Source: a virus (Duplodnaviria; Caudoviricetes). From it: 64,000 bases of DNA. The stretch covers positions 1,662 through 65,661 of the IMG/VR virus record IMGVR_UViG_2576861533_000004, one strand, 5' to 3'. Made by a program: the position numbers and the translations under genes. A model generated the notes under the pieces. It had not been told where the DNA came from. It worked only from the letters and a program-made list of their open reading frames with translations, and searched no databases. This document shows, piece by piece, positions 19,683 through 28,939 of this stretch (position 1 is the stretch's first letter; every line of letters begins with the position of its first letter).

Positions 19683-19865
19683 ATGACGAAAGATAGAAAA
19701 ATATTAATTCTCAAAATATGCTTAATACCAATTGTCTACTTTGTAATTAGGGGGTTGTTCAAATTAGGTATTGTGCAGAAATACGATGATTTCTTTTTGT
19801 TATTGTGTGTAGCTTTGCCGTTCATTTACGACATATGGGCTAAACGGAAAAAATATTTTAAATAA
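19683..19865 (+). CDS. Small protein with two predicted TM helices (immunity-like)
   Basis: 60 aa from the ATG at 19683; two hydrophobic segments; basic termini. Confidence 0.65.
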   Translation: MTKDRKILILKICLIPIVYFVIRGLFKLGIVQKYDDFFLLLCVALPFIYDIWAKRKKYFK

Positions 19866-19875
19866 TATGTAAGAG

Positions 19876-19905
19876 AGTAGGGGTATCAATGCTGATACCC
19901 CTACT
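19876..19905 (+). terminator. Intrinsic terminator
   Basis: AGTAGGGGTATCA-ATGC-TGATACCCCTACT followed by a T-rich tail. Confidence 0.75.
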
Positions 19906-20033
19906 TGTTTATTAAAAGCCGGCTACTTCATAATACTTGAAAAAGTAGTATAGACAGTTTTTTCAATCTGCTTTTGAAATTACAGTATAAGTTAAACTTT
20001 CTTTAGCATAATGGCTGGTTTTATTATTGCATC

Positions 20034-20678
20034 TTAGTCGTAAATGTATTTTCCTGAGGCTATTTGGGTGCAAATTATAGTAAATTCCCGTAAATCGCGG
20101 ATTAATCTACCATTTATTCTCACTTCTATACAATCTTTGTTTGCTGGTACTCTGAAAATACGGAATAGTATATCTATAGTTTTCCTTAATGGACCATTTA
20201 TATTAAAGTCTTTATCTGTAATAGTACAAGGAATGGTCATAGTTGCGTTTAATGGTACGTATTGTACAAAACCATCATCATCTGTTACAACACCACGTAT
20301 GACTCTATATTGAGAGGCCTGTGCAAGCATCTTGGCTAAACGCTGTCTTTTTTGAGCATCAGTTTTTCCAGGCATAAGTCTTGAGCCTATTTGTATTTTA
20401 AGAGATAGTTCTATACCGTTTTTGTTCCCTGCATATATATTAGAAGACCTCGTAGCACTTTTAACAATACTATTACTTTCATCATCACATAGGGTGATAA
20501 TACTGTCAGCACTTAGTGTGATATTACCAACTTCAATTTGGCCAGTTCTGAGTTCGACTCTCGATTTGGTAGGTTGAGGGAAATCAGGGAGTTCATTTTC
20601 TACTATTTCTTCTTGGTTACAAGAATATAAAATAGCACAAAATAGAAGCATAATGCTCCATAAACATTTCTTTTTCAT
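20034..20678 (-). CDS. Lipoprotein moron of unknown function
   Basis: Lipobox LYSC, acidic export signal, ATRSS site; AT-rich. Confidence 0.75.
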   Translation of the reverse strand: MKKKCLWSIMLLFCAILYSCNQEEIVENELPDFPQPTKSRVELRTGQIEVGNITLSADSIITLCDDESNSIVKSATRSSNIYAGNKNGIELSLKIQIGSRLMPGKTDAQKRQRLAKMLAQASQYRVIRGVVTDDDGFVQYVPLNATMTIPCTITDKDFNINGPLRKTIDILFRIFRVPANKDCIEVRINGRLIRDLREFTIICTQIASGKYIYD

Positions 20679-21048
20679 AATAAGTCTAATTTAGAGTTTT
20701 ACAATTAGGGTAATTAAATCACTCATTCTTTTGTGTAGCAAAAATATGAAATTAGACTATAACTATATTATTTATTAAGAGGGAATTAGATTGATAGATA
20801 GGAAAATACCTATTTGTTGGTATTGATGTTCTATGATAAGAAAATGATTGCAAAACTATTTTGATTGATATCGGCAGGGAGAGGGAGGATTTCTAAATTC
20901 TTCATAATGCATCAATTTATGTTTTGATAATTGGTATTGGCAATAAAAAAGAGAGGGAGTATCGGCTTCCCTCTCTTAGCTGTGTTAATGTCATTTGACG
21001 TTTAATAGGTTTCCGATAGCTTATTTTTTATATCATTAAATGCACCTT

Positions 21049-21516
21049 CTAAAAATTGGCAACTTCATAATACTTGAAAAAGTAGTATAGAGCTACTTTG
21101 TGCCATTTGGTCAATTCCTTGTCTCCGGAAAGAATAGAAGAAACGGTACATTTGTCAATTCCGGTGTAGTTGCTCAAATGTTTATTCTTTAATCCAAGCC
21201 GTTCCATCCGTTTCTTGATCCAGTCGAGAGTGATGCCATCAATGTCTTTACGGTCAAAGTTTACGGCGGAAACAGTAAGTTTCCAGTCTTCAGGAATTTC
21301 ATCTTTGAACATGTCCCGGACACGTTCTGTCAGTTCTTTCTTTGAAAGGAACTTATCATTAACCAAGTCCTTTTGCTCGGCACGGACAATCAGCCGGCCT
21401 TCTGAGTAAGACACAATCTCAATAGCGATATGGGCATATCGCTGATACTGCCTTGCGAACTCTTCAATACGCTTTTTACTCTCGGCAGAGAGAGGGAGGA
21501 TTTCTAAATTCTTCAT
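21049..21516 (-). CDS. XRE-family HTH protein
   Basis: C-terminal MERLGLKNKHLSNYTGIDKCTVSSILSG HTH. Confidence 0.75.
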   Translation of the reverse strand: MKNLEILPLSAESKKRIEEFARQYQRYAHIAIEIVSYSEGRLIVRAEQKDLVNDKFLSKKELTERVRDMFKDEIPEDWKLTVSAVNFDRKDIDGITLDWIKKRMERLGLKNKHLSNYTGIDKCTVSSILSGDKELTKWHKVALYYFFKYYEVANF

Positions 21517-21571
21517 AATGCATCAATTTACGTTTTGATAATCGGTATTTAAAAAAAAGTTATTCGTTGTA

Positions 21572-21592
21572 AAGGAGGGGCTTTCGCCCCTC
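21572..21592 (-). terminator. Hairpin between the two moron genes
   Basis: GGAGGGGC-TTTC-GCCCCTCC followed by TTT on the minus strand. Confidence 0.5.
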
Positions 21593-21596
21593 CGGA

Positions 21597-21932
21597 TCAC
21601 AATTTGATGAGTCTCATATGAGAGATGTCGAAAATAGCGATCTGTTTATTTTCACGCCCGAATCGCTTGGCTTCTTCAAGGTTAGTGAAAATCCGGACGG
21701 AATCAAAATAGAACTCTTGGTTCTCTTCATTCAGCCATCCGCCGACCTTCTTTTCGTGCATCTCAGAATGGTTAAGAACTCTTTTCAGTCCTTCTTCTCC
21801 GAAACTGTCTTGAGTCTCGAGATAGGCGACTGAAATACCCTTTGTGACCTTTTTTAAGGTTGTGAGGTCAACCGTGAACCCATCGGGGTTCTGCTTTGCT
21901 ATCGCGAGGATAGCTTCGAACAATTGTTCCAT
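21597..21932 (-). CDS. Phage hypothetical protein (possible SAM-lyase-like ferredoxin fold)
   Basis: GGWL...FYFD...EEAKRFGRENKQIAIFD pattern. Confidence 0.6.
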   Translation of the reverse strand: MEQLFEAILAIAKQNPDGFTVDLTTLKKVTKGISVAYLETQDSFGEEGLKRVLNHSEMHEKKVGGWLNEENQEFYFDSVRIFTNLEEAKRFGRENKQIAIFDISHMRLIKL

Positions 21933-21979
21933 AATATAAAGAACTTATGCGGACGTCACCCGCGTTTGTTATGACAATG

Positions 21980-22018
21980 CAAATATACAATAAAGTTTGC
22001 TACTAACAAACTTTATTG
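21980..22018 (-). promoter_or_regulatory. Promoter with an overlapping 12-bp perfect inverted-repeat operator
   Basis: TATATTTG -7 element (21980-21987); CAATAAAGTTTG-N7-CAAACTTTATTG (21988-22018). Confidence 0.65.
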
Positions 22019-22026
22019 GAAAATAT

Positions 22027-22878
22027 TTATTTGTTCTGCATATTTTCATTCAGCTCTTGTTGTTTTCTCAGAGATTCATCCATTGTATACAGGGCATCGA
22101 TCAGGAATCCTTTTTTTATTTCAGGCTTTTTGGTCATGTCTGACTGTGCGAGGGAGTCTAAAAGACGCATTTGCGAATCAAAGACACGACCATTACTCTT
22201 TCCGTTTCCGGAAAAGATACGGGGAAAGCCATTGGCAAGATAGGCCAGACTCCCTATAATGTACCAGTACATAATCATTTTTACCCTGTGGGGAAGATGG
22301 CTGAGAATGGAAGCATCTTTCTCCAGACGATTGATATTGAATGTTTTGCTTGTGTGCCATAAACAGGCCAGAACATGGTTAATTTGTTCCGGGTCCTGAT
22401 TCATGACGTCAAGATAGTGTTGCAGGTGCATGAACTGTTCGAATCGAATATCGAGCAGGCCATCTTCCGGACCACGGAATTTACGGAACCGGCAAAAGAA
22501 TGCCCGATAGGGATTGACGGTGAGTTCCGGGTGTACATAGTATTTCATTTCGGTATCCTTTTCGCACATCAACAGAAAGTTGAAGAGTTCGGCCAGCCGA
22601 TTGACTTCTTCAGGAAGAAGCAAATATTTCTTCTTGTGTGTCCGGAAAGGCACTTTATTGCCGGAAGTCCCAATGCTGATCTTTACTTGATGGCGATAGA
22701 TATCCCGATACCGGCAAACATGTGCATTGAGACAATATAGCATCATGTGTACCTTCAGTTCTTCGATGGGAATATCGCTTTGTGTAAGATTAACCAGGTA
22801 GCTCAGTTGCTTTTCGGTGAGTTCATCCCAGCTTTCCGGAACTCGGTAACAATTATCATTTATCTGAATGGTGTGCAT
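22027..22878 (-). CDS. Phage hypothetical protein (morphogenesis region)
   Basis: 283 aa with a VPESWDELT motif; in operon with the portal gene. Confidence 0.6.
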   Translation of the reverse strand: MHTIQINDNCYRVPESWDELTEKQLSYLVNLTQSDIPIEELKVHMMLYCLNAHVCRYRDIYRHQVKISIGTSGNKVPFRTHKKKYLLLPEEVNRLAELFNFLLMCEKDTEMKYYVHPELTVNPYRAFFCRFRKFRGPEDGLLDIRFEQFMHLQHYLDVMNQDPEQINHVLACLWHTSKTFNINRLEKDASILSHLPHRVKMIMYWYIIGSLAYLANGFPRIFSGNGKSNGRVFDSQMRLLDSLAQSDMTKKPEIKKGFLIDALYTMDESLRKQQELNENMQNK

Positions 22879-22882
22879 ATTG

Positions 22883-23821
22883 TTATGATATAGAGGTGAA
22901 TATTCGCTTTTCTTTGGAGTTAAAGTTTATAGCGGTAACGGTTGGTGTGACTCCTAACTCCCCAGCATTTTCGGAAATGAAGTTTTGTATCTTTCCGGCG
23001 TAGTAGGTCGCTTGATCGGCGAAGAAATTACCGGTTGCTGCCTGATCCTGGTAGATGGGCCGGATAATGGGAGTAAACTCCGGTGTGTCGTTGATGGCAC
23101 GCTGTTCACGTGAGGTCTGTGATGTATAGAGTTCAGCGGTTTTGTTAGCGAGGTAACGGAGTATGTGCCCCAGCAGTACCTTTTCTTTAGGTGTCAGTTC
23201 TTTCCCTGCGGTATGGGCATCAAGCAGACGTTGGTATAGGTCTTCTTTGAGCATTTCACGCACATTGCGTTCTTGCAACTGCCGGACAGTAGGTAGCATC
23301 ATACGGAACGATACGGTAGAATATTCGATATTGACTAAACCGGTATCTTGAAATTCTCTGGTATCACGGATGAAGCATGGAGAAGAATCCGTGACTTGTT
23401 TGCAGTGCTCGACGTATTCGGGGTAAGTTTCCGGATGTTCGGTCAGAAAAGTGAGCAGCCGATCAAGGGCCTGCATGCCACGAAAGTAGAAGCTTTCTTT
23501 AGCGGCGGCAATTTTTGCTTCATTGGCCGGCGAGTAGGTACCTTGTTTGTTTTCGACCGTAATTCCACTATCTCCGATACGTATGCCAAGTTCCGGAGTG
23601 GCAAGCATTAGGGTGAGAGGCCCCAAGGTGCGGAGAATTTTGTCATTCAGCCTTTTATCAGTTCCGGTCAGTGCTTTTTCTACGGTTTTGATACCGATGT
23701 ATGGCGTCAGATAGATATCCATTGCATCATCAATATACGGATTGATGGCTTCGTCAGGAAGTGTAGCATTGATTTTGACTACTTTCTTGAGTGTGTCGAT
23801 GTCAGGGATGATAGCATTCAT
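22883..23821 (-). CDS. DUF6712-like protein, putative head-tail adaptor
   Basis: 312 aa with an internally duplicated helical unit; follows the portal gene. Confidence 0.6.
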   Translation of the reverse strand: MNAIIPDIDTLKKVVKINATLPDEAINPYIDDAMDIYLTPYIGIKTVEKALTGTDKRLNDKILRTLGPLTLMLATPELGIRIGDSGITVENKQGTYSPANEAKIAAAKESFYFRGMQALDRLLTFLTEHPETYPEYVEHCKQVTDSSPCFIRDTREFQDTGLVNIEYSTVSFRMMLPTVRQLQERNVREMLKEDLYQRLLDAHTAGKELTPKEKVLLGHILRYLANKTAELYTSQTSREQRAINDTPEFTPIIRPIYQDQAATGNFFADQATYYAGKIQNFISENAGELGVTPTVTAINFNSKEKRIFTSIS

Positions 23822-25242
23822 TTTTCTTCTGTTTCTGAGGTTAAACCTGTATTTTTAGTAGCTCCTGTCCCTTTGTCAAGCGTGGTAAGCTGACAGTTGG
23901 TGACGGAAAAGTAGATATCTTTCGGCCATCCGTTTACGGCTTTGGCAAAATAAAGGGGAGTGAGCGTGGCTTCCTGAAACATTTTCATTAAGGCTTGTTC
24001 GATGATGAACAGCTCACGGGCTTCAGTACCGTTAATACTCTTACCTTTGCCGGGAGCGGCACCAATGATGGAAGGATGTACATTCATGCCATAGCAGATG
24101 GTGTTGCTTACTTCCTCGCTGTCTTCAATGTATTCGCCACCCTTGAAGAAGGAATCTAAAGTATTTATGATGATATCCTTATCCTCAAATCCTTTTACTC
24201 GGTCATAACGAAAATGGGACACGAAGCCTTTACCTGCATTCTCTTCTCCGGCAAGAAAGTCATTCATGTCCTGAAGGAAGGTCGCCCGCCGTACAGCCTG
24301 GTCTGCTTCGTTCGTAATCTTTTCATCCGCGTATAATTTTCCCCAGAAATCCTCTTTGATGTAGACAATATAGCGCAATGCCATTTGATTCTTGATCAAA
24401 GCCTTTTTAAAGATAGGAATGGCATTCCCAAAGTCGTACCATCCGGAAACGAATACACTCCACCAATATGGTTTACTGTAATAGAATCGTCCGGGAGTCG
24501 CTATACGAATGTTATGGATGAAGCGGCGGTCTTTGACGATCTCTTTTGTTCCCTTTTCATTGGGAAGCAAACCCATTCGTGTCTTTAAATCCCGCAAAGG
24601 TGCCTGGCGGTCCAGTAGTGGCGTCGCAATTACATCATCCGGCATACCTTCATGCCATTTGGCTGAGTAACCATGATATTCACTCTTGCCGGTCCTCTCA
24701 TCGATTACGCTAATACGTGAACAGGTTGCTTCCTTTGCCTTTACTTGTACCAGTCTGGGCTGAGTGTCCTGATTAAAAATATATTCGACGTATGCATCGT
24801 AGAAGATCACTAAATCATTCGCTATCTCCATCCGGATAAATGGTATGTCATTGTTTTCTATAAAATCGAATATATCCGGATATTCTTCGGGCAAGACTTC
24901 TTCTTTGATGATTTTTCGGGTTTCCTTATCCCGGTATTTACGATATACGAGGACACTATCTCCATATACTACCTTGTTTTTAAATTCCACATTGCTGCCG
25001 ACAGTTACGTTTGCCCCGATCTTCTTCATAATGTCATACATCATGTTGTTGTTCCGCCCTCTGGGAACAAACTTAATTGGAGCCGCTTTCCCTTTGGGGA
25101 CTACTTCAACGGTAGAGGTCTCCCGGTCAGTTGTGATATCGCTATTATCACTGAACTTTATGATTCCTTTTCCGCCTTTGGTGACTGCATAAGTTTCATA
25201 TCCTTTTTGAAATAATTGGGGCTCAGGTTGTTTCTTCTTCAT
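23818..25242 (-). CDS. Portal protein (putative)
   Basis: 474 aa; YYSKPYW, LAGEENAGK and HPSIIG...GTEARE motifs typical of PBSX-like portals. Confidence 0.75.
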   Translation of the reverse strand: MKKKQPEPQLFQKGYETYAVTKGGKGIIKFSDNSDITTDRETSTVEVVPKGKAAPIKFVPRGRNNNMMYDIMKKIGANVTVGSNVEFKNKVVYGDSVLVYRKYRDKETRKIIKEEVLPEEYPDIFDFIENNDIPFIRMEIANDLVIFYDAYVEYIFNQDTQPRLVQVKAKEATCSRISVIDERTGKSEYHGYSAKWHEGMPDDVIATPLLDRQAPLRDLKTRMGLLPNEKGTKEIVKDRRFIHNIRIATPGRFYYSKPYWWSVFVSGWYDFGNAIPIFKKALIKNQMALRYIVYIKEDFWGKLYADEKITNEADQAVRRATFLQDMNDFLAGEENAGKGFVSHFRYDRVKGFEDKDIIINTLDSFFKGGEYIEDSEEVSNTICYGMNVHPSIIGAAPGKGKSINGTEARELFIIEQALMKMFQEATLTPLYFAKAVNGWPKDIYFSVTNCQLTTLDKGTGATKNTGLTSETEEK

Positions 25243-25496
25243 TAGAAATAAACTTTGATGTTATTAAATCGTGTAATCAGACATCTCCGGATTTTCCTGG
25301 GAGCATACTCACCTATTTGAAGTATGTTGACAGTGCTTCCGCTACTATGAAATGAACTAAGTACCGCACGCTCGTAGGTAATGAGTTCACCGGTACTTTT
25401 TTTGCAGAATTCAATGGAGAACTCAATGGGTTTACCCTCTTTCCGTTGCTCCATAAGTTCCCAGACTTTACTTTGATGTATTCTGTCGCTTGGCAT
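25242..25496 (-). CDS. Small phage hypothetical protein
   Basis: 84 aa; coupled to the portal gene. Confidence 0.65.
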   Translation of the reverse strand: MPSDRIHQSKVWELMEQRKEGKPIEFSIEFCKKSTGELITYERAVLSSFHSSGSTVNILQIGEYAPRKIRRCLITRFNNIKVYF

Positions 25497-26001
25497 AATA
25501 CGATAGTGCTATGATGATAAAAAGCAAAGGTATCCCGATACTGAGGCCGTTTCTTATGCCATCATCCGTACCGGTTGCTACTTTGCTATCTTTCCTGGTC
25601 TCTGTCCTGGATTCCCTTTGTATGGTTTGACCGGATACCTCTCTCTTTGAAGAGCTGTTCGAAGAGTGTACAGTGTCATTACTTTCCTGCGCGGTTTTAC
25701 TCTGTTTTTCGCTCCCTTCAATCTCGATACCCGATAGCGGGGGTAGGCCTGTTGTGGGATCGGGTGTTTGTGCCGTGTCAAAATGGTACGTGATCTTCCA
25801 GGATGAACCGTGTTCGTCTTTAGTGGTTTTGACTTGTGAGGCAATGGTTTCGGTACCGGTATTGAGTTCATTGTAATTATGCTGAAAAGTTCCATTCTCT
25901 TTGAATTGATTAGAATGTAGAGAAGAAGAACGACAAGCACACAGCAGTATACCAACTGAAATGCAAGCAAAATAAATGATAAGGTGTACATGATGTTTCA
26001 T
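25468..26001 (-). CDS. Putative unimolecular spanin
   Basis: N-terminal lipobox (LCAC), Ser/Thr-rich linker, C-terminal TM helix; next to the holin-like gene. Confidence 0.65.
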   Translation of the reverse strand: MKHHVHLIIYFACISVGILLCACRSSSLHSNQFKENGTFQHNYNELNTGTETIASQVKTTKDEHGSSWKITYHFDTAQTPDPTTGLPPLSGIEIEGSEKQSKTAQESNDTVHSSNSSSKREVSGQTIQRESRTETRKDSKVATGTDDGIRNGLSIGIPLLFIIIALSYYAKRQNTSK

Positions 26002-26342
26002 TGTTTACGGTTTTGGCAAATTAAATCGGTACATTTCATGGTTTTTAGCTCTGTTATCAAACGATTGTTTTCGTTGATTTTCAAATCCATAGTCTCAATA
26101 CGTTTGGATAATGTTTCAACTTTATTTTCCCAGCGTGCCTCACTATCTTCTTTATCCTGTTTGAGTGAGTTGATGTAACTTCTTTGATCGGTGATCATTT
26201 CCTGGTAGACATCCTGCATCGCTTTCATTGCATCAGCTTCTGCACGTTTCTTGGTGTATTTGATAGTGACAAATGCTGTGGCGGTTCCGACTAAACCGCC
26301 ACCGAAGAGAAAGACCATGATATAATTTAGAATCTCATTCAT
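25998..26342 (-). CDS. Holin-like membrane protein with a coiled coil
   Basis: Start MNEILNY at 26342; single N-terminal TM helix with GGG; coiled coil; C-terminal CxxxxC. Confidence 0.6.
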   Translation of the reverse strand: MNEILNYIMVFLFGGGLVGTATAFVTIKYTKKRAEADAMKAMQDVYQEMITDQRSYINSLKQDKEDSEARWENKVETLSKRIETMDLKINENNRLITELKTMKCTDLICQNRKQ

Positions 26343-26354
26343 CGCTTTTTTATT

Positions 26355-26392
26355 GCAAATGTATTGTGTACAAGCGCTTACGTAAAGGACAG
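26355..26392 (-). promoter_or_regulatory. Putative late promoter for the lysis/portal operon
   Basis: CTGTCCTTT...TACATTTGC. Confidence 0.7.
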
Positions 26393-26910
26393 AAAAACGG
26401 CACAATGTGCCGGAGCGGTATCGCATGTGCGATGATTTTTGAGGAGGGGGCAGCATATAAGAGAGAAAAAAAAGTTTGAGGCGAAACTTTTTCCGAGGGC
26501 GGTGCGTGGTCTTCCGATGGATAAAGGGGAAATTTTTCCCCTTTAAGACCCTTTTTTCTTTGTGAATCAGTATTTTATTTTTTTTGCCGTGGGAATCTTC
26601 TGAGATTTAAAATTGCGTTAACATAAATTATAGGTTTACGCTTTTTCTTCCCAAAAGTATCTCTTTGTTAACCCAATGCGGGTTGATTTTTGAAAAAATG
26701 ATTCGGATGTCGGAAAAATAATTTTGAGACAAGAGAGCAAACGTCTGTATGTGATGTGTGATATTTATTTGTGGCATGTATTTAATGTGCTAATTTACAG
26801 GTGTTTATGTTTTCGTGTATGAAAAAAAAGTGTTATATTTGTAATGTAATCAAAAGGGGATAGGGTTGCACTCCTATCACTTAAATGTTTAATTTTTAAC
26901 GTAAAACAAA

Positions 26911-27402
26911 ATGAAAAATGTATCGAGCGCAAAAAGCGCAGAGGCTAAAGCCGTAGTGTTAAGTAATGTAGCTAATAAGAAGAATGAAACAGCCCCTCTA
27001 ATTGTGCTGCCATCCCTTCCAACCGAAGAAGAAACGAAAGAACAGGTTTCGGCCAAAGTTGAAACTCCCGTTCAAACTTCCAAGAAAGAGAGTTCTTCCG
27101 TAGTAGCCGCACCCAATAAGCGTCTAAGTATTGATGAACTGACCGATAAGGCGGAGCGTGTTTATCTGCTCCGTCAGAAATATCAAGAAGTGAGAGAAAA
27201 GCGGAAACAGCTTGAAAGCTTTACTATCTCACATGATAAAAATAATGCCCAACTTACTTTGGTAGACGCAAAAGGGCTTTCCATTTCTACAAGTAATCCC
27301 GTTGCAATTGGTAAGTTGCTATCTGATTGGATGTTAGATTTAAATAATCACTTGGCGAAAACCGAAGAAGAAATTCGTTCAGAATTGGAACGGCTAAATT
27401 AA
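26911..27402 (+). CDS. Hypothetical protein, first gene of the plus-strand cassette
   Basis: 163 aa; disordered N-terminus; coiled coil. Confidence 0.7.
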   Translation: MKNVSSAKSAEAKAVVLSNVANKKNETAPLIVLPSLPTEEETKEQVSAKVETPVQTSKKESSSVVAAPNKRLSIDELTDKAERVYLLRQKYQEVREKRKQLESFTISHDKNNAQLTLVDAKGLSISTSNPVAIGKLLSDWMLDLNNHLAKTEEEIRSELERLN

Positions 27403-27482
27403 AACAAAATCCCCCTACATCGTTGCACCGATGAAGGGGGAACAAAATCAAACCGAAGTTTAATTTTTAACGTACTGCAAAG

Positions 27483-27833
27483 ATGGAAAATATTTTTGAT
27501 TCTGCAAAAACAATTCAAGAAAAACGCACAATATTAAAAGGTTTATCAAAGCCGCTTCAAATTTTGGTGAAAGAGGCTGCTATTCCTACGGTAAACGATG
27601 GACTGAAAGCGATATACGCACAGTCTGGTCATACCGAACTTAAAACGCTGAAACAGTGGAATAAGGAGGGCAGGAGTATTAAAAAAGGTTCCCATGCCTT
27701 ATGCCTTTGGGGTGCACCTAAGAAAGTAGAGACGACCCAAGTAGAAGAAGCACAGGGAGAAGATAATGACCCAATGAATTTCTATCCGATTTGTTTTGTA
27801 TTCTCAAATTTGCAGGTATATGAAAAACAATGA
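27483..27833 (+). CDS. ArdC-like ssDNA-binding domain protein
   Basis: TLKQWNKEGRSIKKGSHA and FVFSNLQV motifs of the ArdC N-terminal domain. Confidence 0.7.
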   Translation: MENIFDSAKTIQEKRTILKGLSKPLQILVKEAAIPTVNDGLKAIYAQSGHTELKTLKQWNKEGRSIKKGSHALCLWGAPKKVETTQVEEAQGEDNDPMNFYPICFVFSNLQVYEKQ

Positions 27834-28566
27834 TTTAACTACTTATGGGGAGTGTTTGGAAAAGCTATCCCCAAAACACGGACGGGAAAAGGTATTTAAT
27901 GACTTTCTGCAAATAGTCGTTTGTTGTCTCTCAATGGGACGTAAGGAAGAACTTTATTTCAAAACGATAAAGCCCTATGACAAAACAGAACTGGATTTGT
28001 TTTCACAGGCTTTTGCCGCACTTGTTATGCAGATGGACAGGCAACCACTGGTAGACCCGTTCGGAGACTATTTTCAAGAGTTTTTAAGCAACGCCCAAAA
28101 CGGGCAGTTTTTTACACCGTTTGGGGTATGTGAATTAATGAACCAATTGATAACAGCTCCTAAAGTAAGTGATCAGCCTAAACAGGGAGATCGGAGGGTA
28201 TTGGACCCTGCATGCGGTAGCGGAAGACTCCTTTTATCAGCAGCCCAAAAGGATAGAGCATTGACTTTTGTCGGGATTGATATCTCATATACCTGCTGTC
28301 TCATGACTATCATTAATTTGTGTCTGAACAGCTTAAACGGGGAAGTATTGCACATGAATGCCTTGACGGATCAATATTGGCATCGTTGGTTGATTATCGT
28401 TGATAGTGTAACCAAGATACCGACCGTTTATGAAGTGGAAGCCGGAATAATAAACCAACCGCCTGCATGTGCGGATGATTTAAAGCCTTTACCGGTGACA
28501 GGGATCATACAGCCGGTAAAAAACATGATTCCCGCCAATTTTGTACGTTATACCCCTAAATGTTAG
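27820..28566 (+). CDS. N-6 DNA methylase-family protein (truncated type)
   Basis: GQFFTP and VLDPACGSGRLL SAM-binding motifs; no NPPY/F catalytic motif seen. Confidence 0.8.
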   Translation: MKNNDLTTYGECLEKLSPKHGREKVFNDFLQIVVCCLSMGRKEELYFKTIKPYDKTELDLFSQAFAALVMQMDRQPLVDPFGDYFQEFLSNAQNGQFFTPFGVCELMNQLITAPKVSDQPKQGDRRVLDPACGSGRLLLSAAQKDRALTFVGIDISYTCCLMTIINLCLNSLNGEVLHMNALTDQYWHRWLIIVDSVTKIPTVYEVEAGIINQPPACADDLKPLPVTGIIQPVKNMIPANFVRYTPKC

Positions 28567-28570
28567 CAAT

Positions 28571-28744
28571 ATGGAGAAAGTTTTGCAATGTGTCAGACTT
28601 CCGCAAAATGGTAAAGGCACAATCGGGTTTAATTTGAAAGGAGAGTATTTAAAAAAATACGGTTTCCAGTTAGGAGATAAAGTAAAGGTAGAAATCAGCA
28701 AAAATAAGATTGTTTTATTTAAGACGGGTAATGTGCTGGAATGA
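28571..28744 (+). CDS. SymE/AbrB-fold small protein
   Basis: LKGEYLKKYGFQLGDKVKVEISKNKIVL resembles the SymE motif. Confidence 0.65.
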   Translation: MEKVLQCVRLPQNGKGTIGFNLKGEYLKKYGFQLGDKVKVEISKNKIVLFKTGNVLE

Positions 28745-28939
28745 TTGAAAAAGTGGCACAGCGGGCAGCAAAAGCACTCTGACAGACCTTGAGAGAGGGG
28801 GAGAATGCTTTTGCGTCGCCCGGCTGCGCCGGGGTGAAGCGGAGTCCGCCGATTACTCTTTTGGCAGAGGGGGCGGGATTTTAAACGCCTGAAATGGCGG
28901 TTGTTTGACGTAATTTTAGCAATTACGAAAAGCGGTATT

